A DNA stretch of 44,469 nucleotides, from assembly GCA_034091595.1 (NCBI GenBank), contig JAXFXP010000154.1, positions 1 through 44,469 of the forward strand, read 5' to 3'. The DNA is from Porphyromonas sp. (GTDB lineage: Bacteria; Bacteroidota; Bacteroidia; Bacteroidales; Porphyromonadaceae). Of the stretch, positions 9,702 through 19,925 are shown piece by piece (position 1 is the stretch's first letter; each line of letters opens with the position of its first letter). The notes below the pieces were generated by a model. The model did no database searches and had not been told where the DNA came from. It saw nothing but the letters and a program-made list of their open reading frames with translations. Both the position numbers and the translations under genes were made by a program.

Positions 9702-9718
9702 CCTAGACTATTGATAAC

Positions 9719-11119
9719 GTGAAAAGACTATTATATAGGCTCTGCCTCTCTGCCCTTACGCTCGGAGCAGTCAGTTGCAACCAGTATCTAGATATCAAGC
9801 CCAAAGGCTCTCTAATCCCAGAGACTGCTGCAGACTACGAGACGATGCTCAACTATGTGCAGATCACCAAGGGGGGCGACCCATATCCGCTCTATATGAC
9901 GGATGATGTCTATCTGCCCGACCAGTCCCTGGGCTTCGGGGGGAGCTTCGCTACCTCGTCGCCTTCGGTACAGAATCTCTATACTTTCCAGCAGGAGGTA
10001 TTCGGGGAATCGGAAGATGATGCTCTGTGGAACAACGCCTACCAGCGTATGTACTACTTCAATGTCCTTATCGATAAGGTGATGGGGGCTGCGGGCTCTG
10101 ATGAAACTACTAAGCGAGCCCTGCGTGCTGAGGCTTTACTTGGCCGTGCCTATGAGTATCTGATGCTTGTCAATGTTTACGCCAAGCATTACGACCCTGC
10201 TACGGCAGCCAGCGATCTCGGGGTTCCCTTGATTCTCGATGACGCCATAGAACGCAGCGGTCTGAGCCGTGCCACAGTGGCCGAGGTCTACGCCCGTGTG
10301 GAGGACGATCTTATGGAGGCTCTCAAAGATCTGCCTGAGAAGCCCCGAGCAAATGCTTTCCGTGGGTCTCTTGCGGCAGGCTATGCACTGCTCTCGCGGA
10401 TGTACCTCTATAGGGGAGACTACGACAAAGCCTTAGCCAATGCTAAACTAGCCCTAGACAAGAATAATACGCTCATAGATCTTGCTCAGTACCGCGTTAC
10501 CAATCCGATGGGGGCTATTGGCCGTATCAACGTCCCCGAGCGAGACAAAAATCCCGAGAATATCTATCTGCGTGTGGCGGGCTACGCCTATGGTATGAGT
10601 GCTCAGGTCTTCGTGTCTGATGATTTGCTGGCGCTCTACGACAAAGACAAGGATATGCGCTACCAGCTCTATATGGTTAATAGCTTCGGTCCTCTGGCCT
10701 TCCCCAAACCATTATGGATGCCATTTATCACTAGTAATATAGGAATGGCTACTCCAGAGCTGTACCTCATTGCTGCTGAGTGCGAGGCACGCAAGGGTAA
10801 TACGGCAGCGGCTCTAGGCTACCTAAATGCCTTGCGTAGCAAGCGTATCCAAGACGCAGTACCTCTTGCGGCTACTTCGCCCGAGGGTGCTCTTGACCTT
10901 GTCTTAGCCGAACGTCGCCGAGAGTTAGCTATGACGGGTAACTTTCGTTTAATTGACCTCAAGCGTCTGAGTCGGGAGTCTCGCTATGCTAAGTCGGTAG
11001 TACATAGCGTTGCTGGCGAGGATTACACGCTGAGAGCAGGCTCAGCACGATATGTATTGCCGATTCCGACGCGCGTAATGAACTTCAATCAGGGGACGAT
11101 GGTGCAGAATGCTCGCTAA
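9719..11119 (+). CDS. SusD/RagB-family lipoprotein
   Basis: Lipobox AVS-C, LGVPL, ELYLIAAE, ERRRELA and YVLPIP motifs; lies directly after susC; GTG start. Confidence 0.93.
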   Translation: MKRLLYRLCLSALTLGAVSCNQYLDIKPKGSLIPETAADYETMLNYVQITKGGDPYPLYMTDDVYLPDQSLGFGGSFATSSPSVQNLYTFQQEVFGESEDDALWNNAYQRMYYFNVLIDKVMGAAGSDETTKRALRAEALLGRAYEYLMLVNVYAKHYDPATAASDLGVPLILDDAIERSGLSRATVAEVYARVEDDLMEALKDLPEKPRANAFRGSLAAGYALLSRMYLYRGDYDKALANAKLALDKNNTLIDLAQYRVTNPMGAIGRINVPERDKNPENIYLRVAGYAYGMSAQVFVSDDLLALYDKDKDMRYQLYMVNSFGPLAFPKPLWMPFITSNIGMATPELYLIAAECEARKGNTAAALGYLNALRSKRIQDAVPLAATSPEGALDLVLAERRRELAMTGNFRLIDLKRLSRESRYAKSVVHSVAGEDYTLRAGSARYVLPIPTRVMNFNQGTMVQNAR

Positions 11120-11186
11120 GGGGGCTATTGTATGGTGCGACACGCACTAAATGGATATCGTGTCTCTAGAGTTTTTGTCTAGCTCT

Positions 11187-11228
11187 ATGGAGGGTGTGCC
11201 GAGCTGCTTCTTTCGGTACACCCTCCAT
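11187..11228 (+). terminator. Hairpin after susD
   Basis: 16-bp stem ATGGAGGGTGTGCCGA/TCGGTACACCCTCCAT. Confidence 0.7.
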
Positions 11229-11342
11229 TGTCTGGGGCTTGTCCGTAGAGTCTGCGCTCTGCAAGGCCTATGATTAAGCACTTATTAGAGTAGTTAATGC
11301 ATAGATAATTGGTAGATGTTCGTTCAAATCATATGCGGGTAT

Positions 11343-11350
11343 TACCTTTG
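11343..11350 (+). promoter_or_regulatory. -7 element (TACCTTTG)
   Basis: TAnnTTTG match 20 nt upstream of ATG 11371. Confidence 0.65.
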
Positions 11351-11370
11351 TAGGTAAATCCAATTGTAAT

Positions 11371-14049
11371 ATGCGTGCAAAATATCATTTCTTATCCTAT
11401 ATACTATTAGCATTGTCTGTCTTAGCCCCGAGCGCTATTGCCACAGCTCAGACAACACATAGCCAGGCTAAATGCTGTGGCACTACAGAGGTCTCGCCCC
11501 TAGCCCCCCACTCGTCCGAACTGCGTAGCGCCACAACTACAGAGGCTCGGGCCATCGTCAATGATCGGGTACTACGTACATATAGGCTGGCCATTGTGGT
11601 CGATTATAGCTATCTGATGAATAACTTCGCTGGAGATGTCTCTCGTGCTGAGGACTTCTGCAAGCGAGTAGGGCAGGAGCTCGACCGCATCTACCGCAGG
11701 GATGTTGGTATCCGCTTACAGCTGGTGCTACGCCCCGAGCTCATCCGACGCACAGAGGCTCAGGCGGTCTTCGGCTACACCTCAGGGAAGCAGAGTCTGT
11801 ATGATGCCCCCTACATTGTGGAGCGTAGTACAGCGCAGCTCAATAATTTGATTGGAGCGGATAGCTACGACCTTGGTCTGTGGCTAGTGAATTTCTGGGG
11901 CTATAACGGTAAGGCCGTGATGAACGGAGGCTTTGCTCAGACGAATAAAGCAGCTGCCGCGGTCAGCAATATGAATATTGGGACTATTGCGCACGAGCTA
12001 GCTCACCTATTCGGTGCTCAGCATACTGCCAGCCAAAACGTTGATTATAGTATGCACACCGAGCCAGAGGATGGTACGAGCATAATGAGCTATGGCTTCC
12101 ACGCCACAGAGCCGAGCAAGCTATTCTTCTCGCTCCCGAGCATCCAGCAGATACGCAGCAATCTGAGTCGTTGTGGCTACTACCGCAATGGCGATAAGCA
12201 GCAGCTTGTCCCCTCTAAGTACGAGGACTATACCAACCTACCGAGTGCTGTAGAGCTAGCCAGTATGCGCCCAGAATCTTTTTCTCTTAGCACTGTGGCT
12301 AAGACTTATACTCTACCTAAGGGGACGAGTATTCGCCTAGGCTTCCCTGCCTATTCGGATGCGAAAGACTACCTGTATAATGCACATCAGAATGATCAAA
12401 CAAGGGCTATACGGGACTCCCGTGCAAAGTTGGAGGCCGGTTTTTGGCAAGAAAGCCCTGTGGTATTCCTGGGCTTGCCCCAGTATAATACCTACCAAGA
12501 CTATACCGATTACCAAGTAGAGCAAAAGATTGGCCTGCCTGTCGGAGAGTATAAAATACTCGCAGGGGCTGTCGAACGCACTGTCGCTACAGGTAGCATC
12601 GACCATAAACAGGGACTCGATGCGGTAGAGGCTCAGCTGCGTGTCGTAGAGGGCAAGCCTCTACGACTGACGACAAACTCCACAACCCGTTATCTGAGGG
12701 CCGGTCAGCAGCTAAGCCTGCGTTGGGAGGCAGAGCCCAGCCTATTCGCTGAGTACAAAAAGGTCCGTATATGGCTCTCTGATGACTACGGCAAGAGCTA
12801 TAAATACCTGCTGGTGGACGAGACAGATAATGATGGTGAGCACACCCTCACAGTACCAGCTGTGTCGATAGGTGCGGAGCGCGCATTGGGAGGGCAGGAG
12901 CAGGGGAAGGCGGTTTTCTTGCTGGAGATAGTAGGGCATATTGCCTGTGCGACGACTGATTATCGTCCACTGCGCCATACCACAGGGGGAGGCTTCGTTA
13001 TACAGAGCTCCGAGACAAAACTGCAGCCTTACACCTACCCTTATCTAGAGCGAGGCGGGAGCACTACGCCTACGCCTCCCAGCGTGCAGTATTACAGGGT
13101 TACGTTACAGCAGAGCTCAGGTGGCCGTCTGAGCATAGAACATTCTGACTTATCCAGAGTGGCGGCAGGTACCACTCTGCGTGTAAAGGCTACAGTTGAT
13201 GAGGGCTACGAGCTGGTAGGGCTTCAGGCTGGTACACAGGACATTCTCTCTAGCCGAGAGTTTGTAGTACAGGGCGATACCGAGGTGCGTGCTACCTACC
13301 GACGGGTAGCCCCCACGACCTACCGAGTAACCCTGGTACAGAGCGATGGTGGTACGCTGAGCATCGCACACGAGAATCTATCGGCAGTAGTGTCGGGGAC
13401 GAAGCTGCGAGTGGATGTCTCCGTAGCAGATGGCTATGAGCTAGTAGGGCTTCAGGCTGGTACTCAGGATATCCTCTCTAGCCGAGAGTTTGCAGTACAG
13501 GGCGATACCGAGGTGCGTGCTACCTACCGGCGCAAAGCTCCCACGACCTACCGAGTAACCCTGATACAGAGCGATGGTGGTACGCTGAGCATCGCACACG
13601 AGAATCTATCGGCAGTAGTGTCGGGGGCGAAGCTGCGAGTGGATGTCTCCGTAGCAGATGGCTACGAGCTGGTAGGGCTTCAGGCAGGCACACAGGATAT
13701 CCTCTCTAGCCGAGAGTTTGTGGTGCAGGGCGATACCGAGGTGCGTGCTACTTACCGCAAGCTTGAGGTGCCAATAGTCTCACCTCCACTTCCTCATGAA
13801 GATGAAGAATCGCGCCCAGATGAGGAAATAAAAGTTTATCCGACAGTCTTTGCCTCAGAGCTGCACGTATCCGGATATAAGTCGCTAAGCAATATCGAGA
13901 TTTATAGCCTTAGCGGTCAGCGCTTGCGTCGATATACCCCCTCGGCAACTCTGAGTGTAGAGGGCTTACCTGCTGGTATCTATCTGGTCCTCCTGCATCC
14001 GGCTAAGGGAGGGGGACGCTCGCAGCGCTTCACGGTGCAGAAGCGCTAG
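11371..14049 (+). CDS. T9SS-secreted reprolysin-like (M12B) zinc metallopeptidase with three InlB-B-like repeats
   Basis: Signal peptide, metzincin motif HELAHLFGAQH, Met-turn SIMSY and three 76-aa repeats. The C-terminus (VYPT...IYSLSG...LPAGIYLV) fits a type A T9SS CTD. Confidence 0.88.
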   Translation: MRAKYHFLSYILLALSVLAPSAIATAQTTHSQAKCCGTTEVSPLAPHSSELRSATTTEARAIVNDRVLRTYRLAIVVDYSYLMNNFAGDVSRAEDFCKRVGQELDRIYRRDVGIRLQLVLRPELIRRTEAQAVFGYTSGKQSLYDAPYIVERSTAQLNNLIGADSYDLGLWLVNFWGYNGKAVMNGGFAQTNKAAAAVSNMNIGTIAHELAHLFGAQHTASQNVDYSMHTEPEDGTSIMSYGFHATEPSKLFFSLPSIQQIRSNLSRCGYYRNGDKQQLVPSKYEDYTNLPSAVELASMRPESFSLSTVAKTYTLPKGTSIRLGFPAYSDAKDYLYNAHQNDQTRAIRDSRAKLEAGFWQESPVVFLGLPQYNTYQDYTDYQVEQKIGLPVGEYKILAGAVERTVATGSIDHKQGLDAVEAQLRVVEGKPLRLTTNSTTRYLRAGQQLSLRWEAEPSLFAEYKKVRIWLSDDYGKSYKYLLVDETDNDGEHTLTVPAVSIGAERALGGQEQGKAVFLLEIVGHIACATTDYRPLRHTTGGGFVIQSSETKLQPYTYPYLERGGSTTPTPPSVQYYRVTLQQSSGGRLSIEHSDLSRVAAGTTLRVKATVDEGYELVGLQAGTQDILSSREFVVQGDTEVRATYRRVAPTTYRVTLVQSDGGTLSIAHENLSAVVSGTKLRVDVSVADGYELVGLQAGTQDILSSREFAVQGDTEVRATYRRKAPTTYRVTLIQSDGGTLSIAHENLSAVVSGAKLRVDVSVADGYELVGLQAGTQDILSSREFVVQGDTEVRATYRKLEVPIVSPPLPHEDEESRPDEEIKVYPTVFASELHVSGYKSLSNIEIYSLSGQRLRRYTPSATLSVEGLPAGIYLVLLHPAKGGGRSQRFTVQKR
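13093..13760 (+). repeat. Three 228-bp intragenic tandem repeats
   Basis: Units start at 13093, 13321 and 13549. The sequence is near-identical at a 228-bp period from about 13204 to 13757. Confidence 0.95.
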
Positions 14050-14079
14050 GTAGAGAGCGAGTGAAATACTGGCCATACG

Positions 14080-14129
14080 ACCAACTCTCCGCATAAGGCT
14101 ATTTAGTATGCCTTGTGCGGAGAGCTGGT
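14080..14129 (+). terminator. Hairpin after the metallopeptidase gene
   Basis: About 20-bp imperfect stem ACCAACTCTCCGCATAAGGC/GCCTTGTGCGGAGAGCTGGT. Confidence 0.7.
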
Positions 14130-14216
14130 ATTGGGACTCTACCTAGTTGAGGGGATGAATGAGCCTATATTCGTATTTTTTTCCTCAATCATCTTGCTTA
14201 GTATAAGTAAATGCTC

Positions 14217-14224
14217 TATCTTTG
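14217..14224 (+). promoter_or_regulatory. -7 element (TATCTTTG) for the sdhCAB operon
   Basis: TAnnTTTG match about 90 nt upstream of sdhC. Confidence 0.7.
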
Positions 14225-14312
14225 CAACGTAGATTGCACGACGGCCTTAATAACTATAAGGTCTAGGCACTTAGATAGGTTAGCTAAATAATATAACTTA
14301 ATTTATAATTGT

Positions 14313-15020
14313 ATGTCGTGGTTAGTTAAATCATCGATTGGCCGTAAGGTCGTAATGAGTGTTACGGGTCTTGCGCTTATCTTGTTCCTGACATTCCACA
14401 TGTCTATGAACCTCGTGGCGCTTTTCTCGGGCGAGGCTTATAACATGATTTGCGAATTCCTAGGAGCCAACTGGTACGCCCTCGTAGCTACGGTAGGGCT
14501 TGCTGCATTATTCATCGCACACATCGTGTACGCTTTCATCTTATTTTATCAGAATAAGAAGGCGCGCGGTAATGACCCTTATGCAGTCCCCAACCGTCCT
14601 CGTGGTATCGAGTGGGCATCGCAGAATATGCTTGCCCTCGGGGTAGTAGTGCTAGGTGGTCTATTCCTACACATGTATCACTTCTGGGCCAAGATGCAGC
14701 TCGTGGAGATCATGGGACACCACTCTTCGACGCTTGCTGATGGCACAGTAATCAGCCCTACGGATGGTGCCGCTCTCATCCAGTACACCTTCAACAGCCC
14801 TGTAAACCTTGTGCTTTACCTTGTGTGGCTCTGTGCTATATGGTTTCACCTGACACACGGTTTCTGGTCGGCTCTACAGACGATTGGTTGGAATAACACC
14901 CTCTGGCAAAAGCGTCTAGAGAAGGCTTCTAATATCTACTCTACGGTAATCGTTCTAGGCTTCGCCGTAGTAATCGTGTATTACTACCTAGCATCACTCG
15001 GAGTGGTGCCTATGCCATAA
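14313..15020 (+). CDS. sdhC: Succinate dehydrogenase/fumarate reductase cytochrome b subunit
   Basis: SSIGRKVVMSVTG start, five TM helices with heme-ligand histidines (FHLTHGFWSALQTIG); first gene of the CAB operon. Confidence 0.93.
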   Translation: MSWLVKSSIGRKVVMSVTGLALILFLTFHMSMNLVALFSGEAYNMICEFLGANWYALVATVGLAALFIAHIVYAFILFYQNKKARGNDPYAVPNRPRGIEWASQNMLALGVVVLGGLFLHMYHFWAKMQLVEIMGHHSSTLADGTVISPTDGAALIQYTFNSPVNLVLYLVWLCAIWFHLTHGFWSALQTIGWNNTLWQKRLEKASNIYSTVIVLGFAVVIVYYYLASLGVVPMP

Positions 15021-15052
15021 GAACAAGGTCGAACAGCTTAATAAACTAAGTC

Positions 15053-16996
15053 ATGTCTAAGATTAACTCGAAAATACCACAGGGACCTCTCGCCGAAAAG
15101 TGGACTAACTACAAGAATCATCAGAAGCTCGTAAACCCAGCCAATAAGCGCCGTCTAGACGTTATCGTCGTAGGTACAGGTCTCGCTGGAGCATCTGCCG
15201 CCGCTTCGCTTGGCGAGATGGGCTTCAATGTCCTCAACTTCTGTATTCAGGACTCTCCACGCCGTGCGCACTCTATTGCTGCCCAGGGTGGTATCAACGC
15301 AGCTAAGAACTATCAGAACGACGGTGACAGCGTTTACCGTCTATTCTACGACACCATTAAGGGGGGCGACTACCGTGCTCGCGAAGCCAACGTATATCGC
15401 CTTGCTGAGGTGGCTAATGCTATCATCGACCAGTGTGTAGCTCAGGGGGTACCTTTCGCTCGTGAATACGGAGGTCTACTCGACAACCGCTCATTCGGTG
15501 GTGCTCAGGTATCGCGTACGTTCTACGCACGTGGCCAGACCGGTCAGCAGCTACTCCTCGGTGCTTACTCGGCTCTTAGCCGTCAGGTAGGTAAGGGCTC
15601 TGTGAAGCTATATACTCGCTACGAAATGCTCGATGTAGTGATCATCGACGGTCGTGCTAGAGGTATCATCGCTCGTAACCTAGTTACGGGTAAGATAGAG
15701 CGCTTCTCGGCTCATGCCGTAGTTATCGGTACGGGTGGCTATGGTAATGCTTTCTTCCTATCTACCAATGCTATGGCCTCTAACGGCTCTGCCGCTATCC
15801 AGGCTTATAAGAAGGGCGCATACTTCGCTAACCCTTGTATGGCGCAGATTCACCCAACGTGTATCCCCGTACACGGCGAGTTCCAGTCTAAGCTTACGCT
15901 GATGTCTGAGTCTCTGCGTAATGACGGACGTATCTGGGTGCCCAAGAACATCGAGGATGCACGCAAGCTACAACATGGCGAGATCAAGCCTACCGACATC
16001 AAGGAGGAAGACCGCGACTATTATCTAGAGCGTCGCTACCCAGCCTTCGGTAACCTCGTGCCTCGTGACGTAGCTAGCCGTGCGGCCAAGGAGCGTTGTG
16101 ATGCTGGCTTTGGTGTTAACCACACAGGTCTGGCAGTGTTCCTAGACTTCTCAAGCGCTATCAAGCGTCTAGGTAAGGATGTGGTAGAGGCCCGTTATGG
16201 CAACCTCTTCCAGATGTACGAGAAGATCACCAACGACAACCCATACGAGACGCCTATGATGATTTATCCAGCTATCCACTACACGATGGGTGGTATCTGG
16301 GTAGACTACGAGCTACAGACTAGCATACCAGGTCTCTTCGCTATTGGTGAGGCTAACTTCTCTGACCATGGTGCCAATCGTCTAGGTGCTTCGGCGCTTA
16401 TGCAGGGGCTAGCAGACGGTTACTTCGTACTGCCTTACACGATACAGAACTACCTATCAGACCAAATCCAGGTGCCACGTTTCTCTACAGATCTCCCCGA
16501 GTTTGAGGAGGCTGAGCGTGCTATCAAGGACCGCATCCAGCGTCTGATGAGCATCCAGGGTAAGCAGAGCGTAGACAGCCTACACAAGAAGCTCGGACAC
16601 ATCATGTGGGACTTCGTGGGTATGGGACGCGACGAAGCAGGCCTCAAGCGTGCTATCGAGGCTATCAAGGAAATCAAGAAGGAGTTCTGGAGCGATGTAT
16701 TCATCCCTGGTAAGGCCGATGACCTCAATGTAGAGCTTGAGAAGGCTCTGCGTCTGGCAGACTTCATCGAGATCGGTAACCTTATGGCTCGCGATGCCCT
16801 AGATCGCCAGGAAAGCTGCGGTGGACACTTCCGCCTCGAGCACCAGACGGAGGAAGGCGAGGCTCTGCGCCACGATGACCAGTTTGCTTACGTGTCTTGC
16901 TGGGAGTACCAGGGTGAGGATGCAGACCCTGTAATGCACAAGGAAGACCTTACGTACGAGTTCGTTGTACGTCAGCAGCGTAACTATAAGAACTAA
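15053..16996 (+). CDS. sdhA: Succinate dehydrogenase/fumarate reductase flavoprotein subunit
   Basis: GTGLAG, FAD-attachment motif [28 protein letters not shown] and ESCGGHFR. Confidence 0.97.
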   Translation: MSKINSKIPQGPLAEKWTNYKNHQKLVNPANKRRLDVIVVGTGLAGASAAASLGEMGFNVLNFCIQDSPRRAHSIAAQGGINAAKNYQNDGDSVYRLFYDTIKGGDYRAREANVYRLAEVANAIIDQCVAQGVPFAREYGGLLDNRSFGGAQVSRTFYARGQTGQQLLLGAYSALSRQVGKGSVKLYTRYEMLDVVIIDGRARGIIARNLVTGKIERFSAHAVVIGTGGYGNAFFLSTNAMASNGSAAIQAYKKGAYFANPCMAQIHPTCIPVHGEFQSKLTLMSESLRNDGRIWVPKNIEDARKLQHGEIKPTDIKEEDRDYYLERRYPAFGNLVPRDVASRAAKERCDAGFGVNHTGLAVFLDFSSAIKRLGKDVVEARYGNLFQMYEKITNDNPYETPMMIYPAIHYTMGGIWVDYELQTSIPGLFAIGEANFSDHGANRLGASALMQGLADGYFVLPYTIQNYLSDQIQVPRFSTDLPEFEEAERAIKDRIQRLMSIQGKQSVDSLHKKLGHIMWDFVGMGRDEAGLKRAIEAIKEIKKEFWSDVFIPGKADDLNVELEKALRLADFIEIGNLMARDALDRQESCGGHFRLEHQTEEGEALRHDDQFAYVSCWEYQGEDADPVMHKEDLTYEFVVRQQRNYKN

Positions 16997-17018
16997 CCCC
17001 TAATAAGGCACTAAGACA

Positions 17019-17795
17019 ATGAGCAATAATATCAAGGTTGAAGATAAGAATATCAACATCAAGGTAAAGGTTTGGCGCCAAAGAGATGCGAAGTCTAAGG
17101 GGGCGTTCGAGACCTACGAACTCACCAATATCTCTCAGGGTAGCTCGTTCCTAGAGATGCTAGACATCCTCAACGAGAAGCTTGTCCGTGAGGGCAAGGA
17201 GCCTGTAGTGTTTGACCACGACTGCCGCGAAGGTATCTGTGGTATGTGCTCGCTCTATATCAATGGGCATCCACACGGACCCGATGAGGGCGTTACTACC
17301 TGTCAGCTACATATGCGTCGCTTCAACGACGGAGATACCATCACAGTAGAGCCATGGCGCTCAGCTGGTTTCCCCATCATCCGCGACCTAATGGTAGACC
17401 GCTCGGCCTACGATAAGATCATCCAGGCAGGAGGTTTCGTATCAGTGAATACAGGTGGAGTACCCGATGCCAATGCTATCCCCATTCCTAAGGCAGATGC
17501 CGATATGGCTATGGATGCTGCAGCCTGCATAGGCTGTGGTGCCTGCGCAGCAGCCTGTAAGAATGGCTCGGCTATGCTTTTCGTATCGGCCAAGGTTAGC
17601 CAGCTGGCACTCCTCCCTCAGGGGCGTGTAGAGGCAGCTCGCCGTGCTAAGGCAATGGTTGCCAAGATGGACGAGCTAGGCTTTGGTAACTGTACCAATA
17701 CACGTGCTTGTGAGGTAGAGTGTCCCAAGAATATCTCGGTGAGCAACATCGCTCGTCTAAACCGCGAGTTTATCGCGGCTAAGCTCAAGGACTAA
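17019..17795 (+). CDS. sdhB: Succinate dehydrogenase/fumarate reductase iron-sulfur subunit
   Basis: Fe-S motifs [20 protein letters not shown] and [12 protein letters not shown]. Confidence 0.96.
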   Translation: MSNNIKVEDKNINIKVKVWRQRDAKSKGAFETYELTNISQGSSFLEMLDILNEKLVREGKEPVVFDHDCREGICGMCSLYINGHPHGPDEGVTTCQLHMRRFNDGDTITVEPWRSAGFPIIRDLMVDRSAYDKIIQAGGFVSVNTGGVPDANAIPIPKADADMAMDAAACIGCGACAAACKNGSAMLFVSAKVSQLALLPQGRVEAARRAKAMVAKMDELGFGNCTNTRACEVECPKNISVSNIARLNREFIAAKLKD

Positions 17796-17816
17796 GCGCT
17801 TAGCCTAATCAATCCT

Positions 17817-17858
17817 AGCGAGGGCTTGTATCTCTGTGATACAAGCCCTCGCTTTATT
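17817..17858 (+). terminator. Intrinsic terminator of sdhCAB
   Basis: 16-bp perfect stem AGCGAGGGCTTGTATC/GATACAAGCCCTCGCT followed by TTATT. Confidence 0.85.
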
Positions 17859-17925
17859 GTACCTCATAGCCTCCGAGTGGACTATATGTCTGAACAATAT
17901 CCGAAACAAGAGGCTTATAGGGGAT

Positions 17926-19008
17926 ATGAATATTTCGTTTATCCTCCCATTGACAGCAATGCTGCTCGGAGTCGCATACTCTACTTGGCGCATTGCCAGT
18001 ATTTTCCCTATTGCTCCACTAGGACGATGGCTCATTGCTGGGGCTTGGCTAGCTTGCTTTGTCCTCCTGATTATGAGCTTTGTCTTTCGGGATAGTACTC
18101 CGCTATGGTTCGCACGTATTAGCTATCCACTCGTTACCTCATGGGTTATTTACTTGCTTTATGCGGTGATGCTTTTTATCTTAATCGACCTGCTTCGCTT
18201 AGTGCCTTTGCTACGTCCATATCTAGAGCCTAGCTGGACTCTGGCTGCGCTTGTCTGGATTGTCATCGTCTCTATCTTTACCTATGGCAGCATCCGCTAT
18301 CGGCATAAAGTACGGGTACCTCTCGACTTGCAACTCTCGAGACCTCTGGCAAAGCCTCTGAAGGTCGTAGCGCTTAGCGATATGCACCTAGGTTACACCA
18401 TCGGACGAGGAGAACTGACGGAGTGGGTACAGCTCATCAATAATGAGCGACCAGACCTCGTACTCATAGCCGGAGATATGGTCGATGGCGATACACGCCC
18501 CGTGGTGGCTGATAGCCTGGCTGAGGTCCTCAACCAAATCGAAGCCCCCATCTACGCCTGCCTAGGCAACCACGAATACATAGGAGGTGAGGCTGATGCC
18601 CGTGCTTTCCTTGGGGCTACTAAGGTGCAGTTACTCAGAGATAGTGCCGTACTGCACGACGAGCAGGTCTATATTGTAGGGCGAGACGACCGCAGTAACC
18701 CTTACCGCAAGACGACCGCAGAGCTGGTGGCAGGGCTCGACCCCACACGTCCTGTTATTCTACTTGACCATCAGCCCTACCATTTAGAGGAGAGTGAGGC
18801 TGCAGGTGTAGACCTACAACTCTCGGGACACACGCACCGAGGGCAGGTTTTCCCTCTGAATCTTATTGTCGATCGTATGTACGAGCTTTCGCACGGATAT
18901 AAGCAGCGAGGGCGTACGCACTACTACATCAGTAGCGGTATTGGTATATGGGGCGGTAAGTATCGTATAGGGACTCAGAGTGAGTATGCCGTGATAACGA
19001 TATACTAA
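17926..19008 (+). CDS. Membrane-anchored metallophosphoesterase (YkuE-like)
   Basis: N-terminal TM helices and the SDMHLG, GDMVD, GNHE and SGHTH motifs. The start is set at ATG 17926 because the longer ORF overlaps the terminator. Confidence 0.9.
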   Translation: MNISFILPLTAMLLGVAYSTWRIASIFPIAPLGRWLIAGAWLACFVLLIMSFVFRDSTPLWFARISYPLVTSWVIYLLYAVMLFILIDLLRLVPLLRPYLEPSWTLAALVWIVIVSIFTYGSIRYRHKVRVPLDLQLSRPLAKPLKVVALSDMHLGYTIGRGELTEWVQLINNERPDLVLIAGDMVDGDTRPVVADSLAEVLNQIEAPIYACLGNHEYIGGEADARAFLGATKVQLLRDSAVLHDEQVYIVGRDDRSNPYRKTTAELVAGLDPTRPVILLDHQPYHLEESEAAGVDLQLSGHTHRGQVFPLNLIVDRMYELSHGYKQRGRTHYYISSGIGIWGGKYRIGTQSEYAVITIY

Positions 19009-19086
19009 CTAGGCATTAGACGAGCCCCCCCCCTCCCTAGAGACCTAGTATAGACGGTCTCCTAGTGATATATTTTACCATAAATA

Positions 19087-19127
19087 AGTCCCCCACAGCC
19101 CTAGATGGTATCAGGCTGTGGGGGACT
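19087..19127. terminator. Hairpin between convergent genes
   Basis: 14-bp stem AGTCCCCCACAGCC/GGCTGTGGGGGACT. Confidence 0.75.
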
Positions 19128-19142
19128 AAGCTTTGCGTGGGT

Positions 19143-19925
19143 CTAGATTACGTTCTCCTCGAGGTATTGGCTCGTTGTCCCGAAGCGATGCCCTTGGCTA
19201 CGTAGGTAGCTGATGAGCGAAGACAGTCTATGGCATAGCGCCTTGCCACTGTTGCGTGTGATCAGGTAGGGTAGTTTAAGCCCTGTTGTCCGAAGGTCAG
19301 CAAATTCCCAGGGATGGTAATAGACGTTGAGGTACTGATCGTGCCGAGCCGTATAGCCTACCAGTCTAAGATATAGCCATAGAGGGAGGTGATGCATAGA
19401 CAGCCAGAAAAGAGGTAGCCGCAGCTTGGGTACAACACTCGCCGGTAGTGTAAGTAGTCCATTGGCCTCTCGGTAAGGTAGTCTAGGTTTGTCTAGGTGG
19501 TTGTAGCGCCCTGGTAGGAAGGTCGGATGCAGCGAAGAGTCGTATATATAGCCTGCCTGTAGCAGGGCCTCGTGATCAATAGCCTGCATACGAGCCATGC
19601 GATAGCCTCGCACAGGGAGCCCCGTTAGCTCTTCTAGTCGTATACGAGAGCGCAGATAGTCTCCTCTGTGGTGTTGAGCATGGCTATAACCATGCGAAGC
19701 TATTTCGTGTCGGCCCTCCGATAAGCGTGTGCGCGTTTGGGGGCTAATGTGCTCGATAAAGTTAGCAGTAGCATAGAACGTAGCAACGACCCCCGTCTCG
19801 TCTAGGATGTCTAGGATGCGGCATAGACCAATCTCTGAGATTTTGATCTGTTGCTCAAAGCTTATAGCCTCTCCATACTCTAGGGGGAGGTCAAACTCTT
19901 CGATATCAAAGCTTAATAGAACCAT
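19143..19925 (-). CDS. Polysaccharide deacetylase (CE4/NodB-like)
   Basis: LSFDIEEFD, ATFY, HEIASHGYSH, YDSS and YYHPWEF motifs. Confidence 0.88.
   Translation of the reverse strand: MVLLSFDIEEFDLPLEYGEAISFEQQIKISEIGLCRILDILDETGVVATFYATANFIEHISPQTRTRLSEGRHEIASHGYSHAQHHRGDYLRSRIRLEELTGLPVRGYRMARMQAIDHEALLQAGYIYDSSLHPTFLPGRYNHLDKPRLPYREANGLLTLPASVVPKLRLPLFWLSMHHLPLWLYLRLVGYTARHDQYLNVYYHPWEFADLRTTGLKLPYLITRNSGKALCHRLSSLISYLRSQGHRFGTTSQYLEENVI

Noticed and set aside
13093-13760. Repeats as a CRISPR array or DGR template/variable pair
   Set aside because: They are in-frame 228-bp protein-domain repeats with no spacers, no adenine-specific pattern, and no cas or reverse transcriptase gene.
19025-19033. 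C9 homopolymer as a phase-variation tract
   Set aside because: It lies between convergent 3' ends, outside any CDS or promoter.
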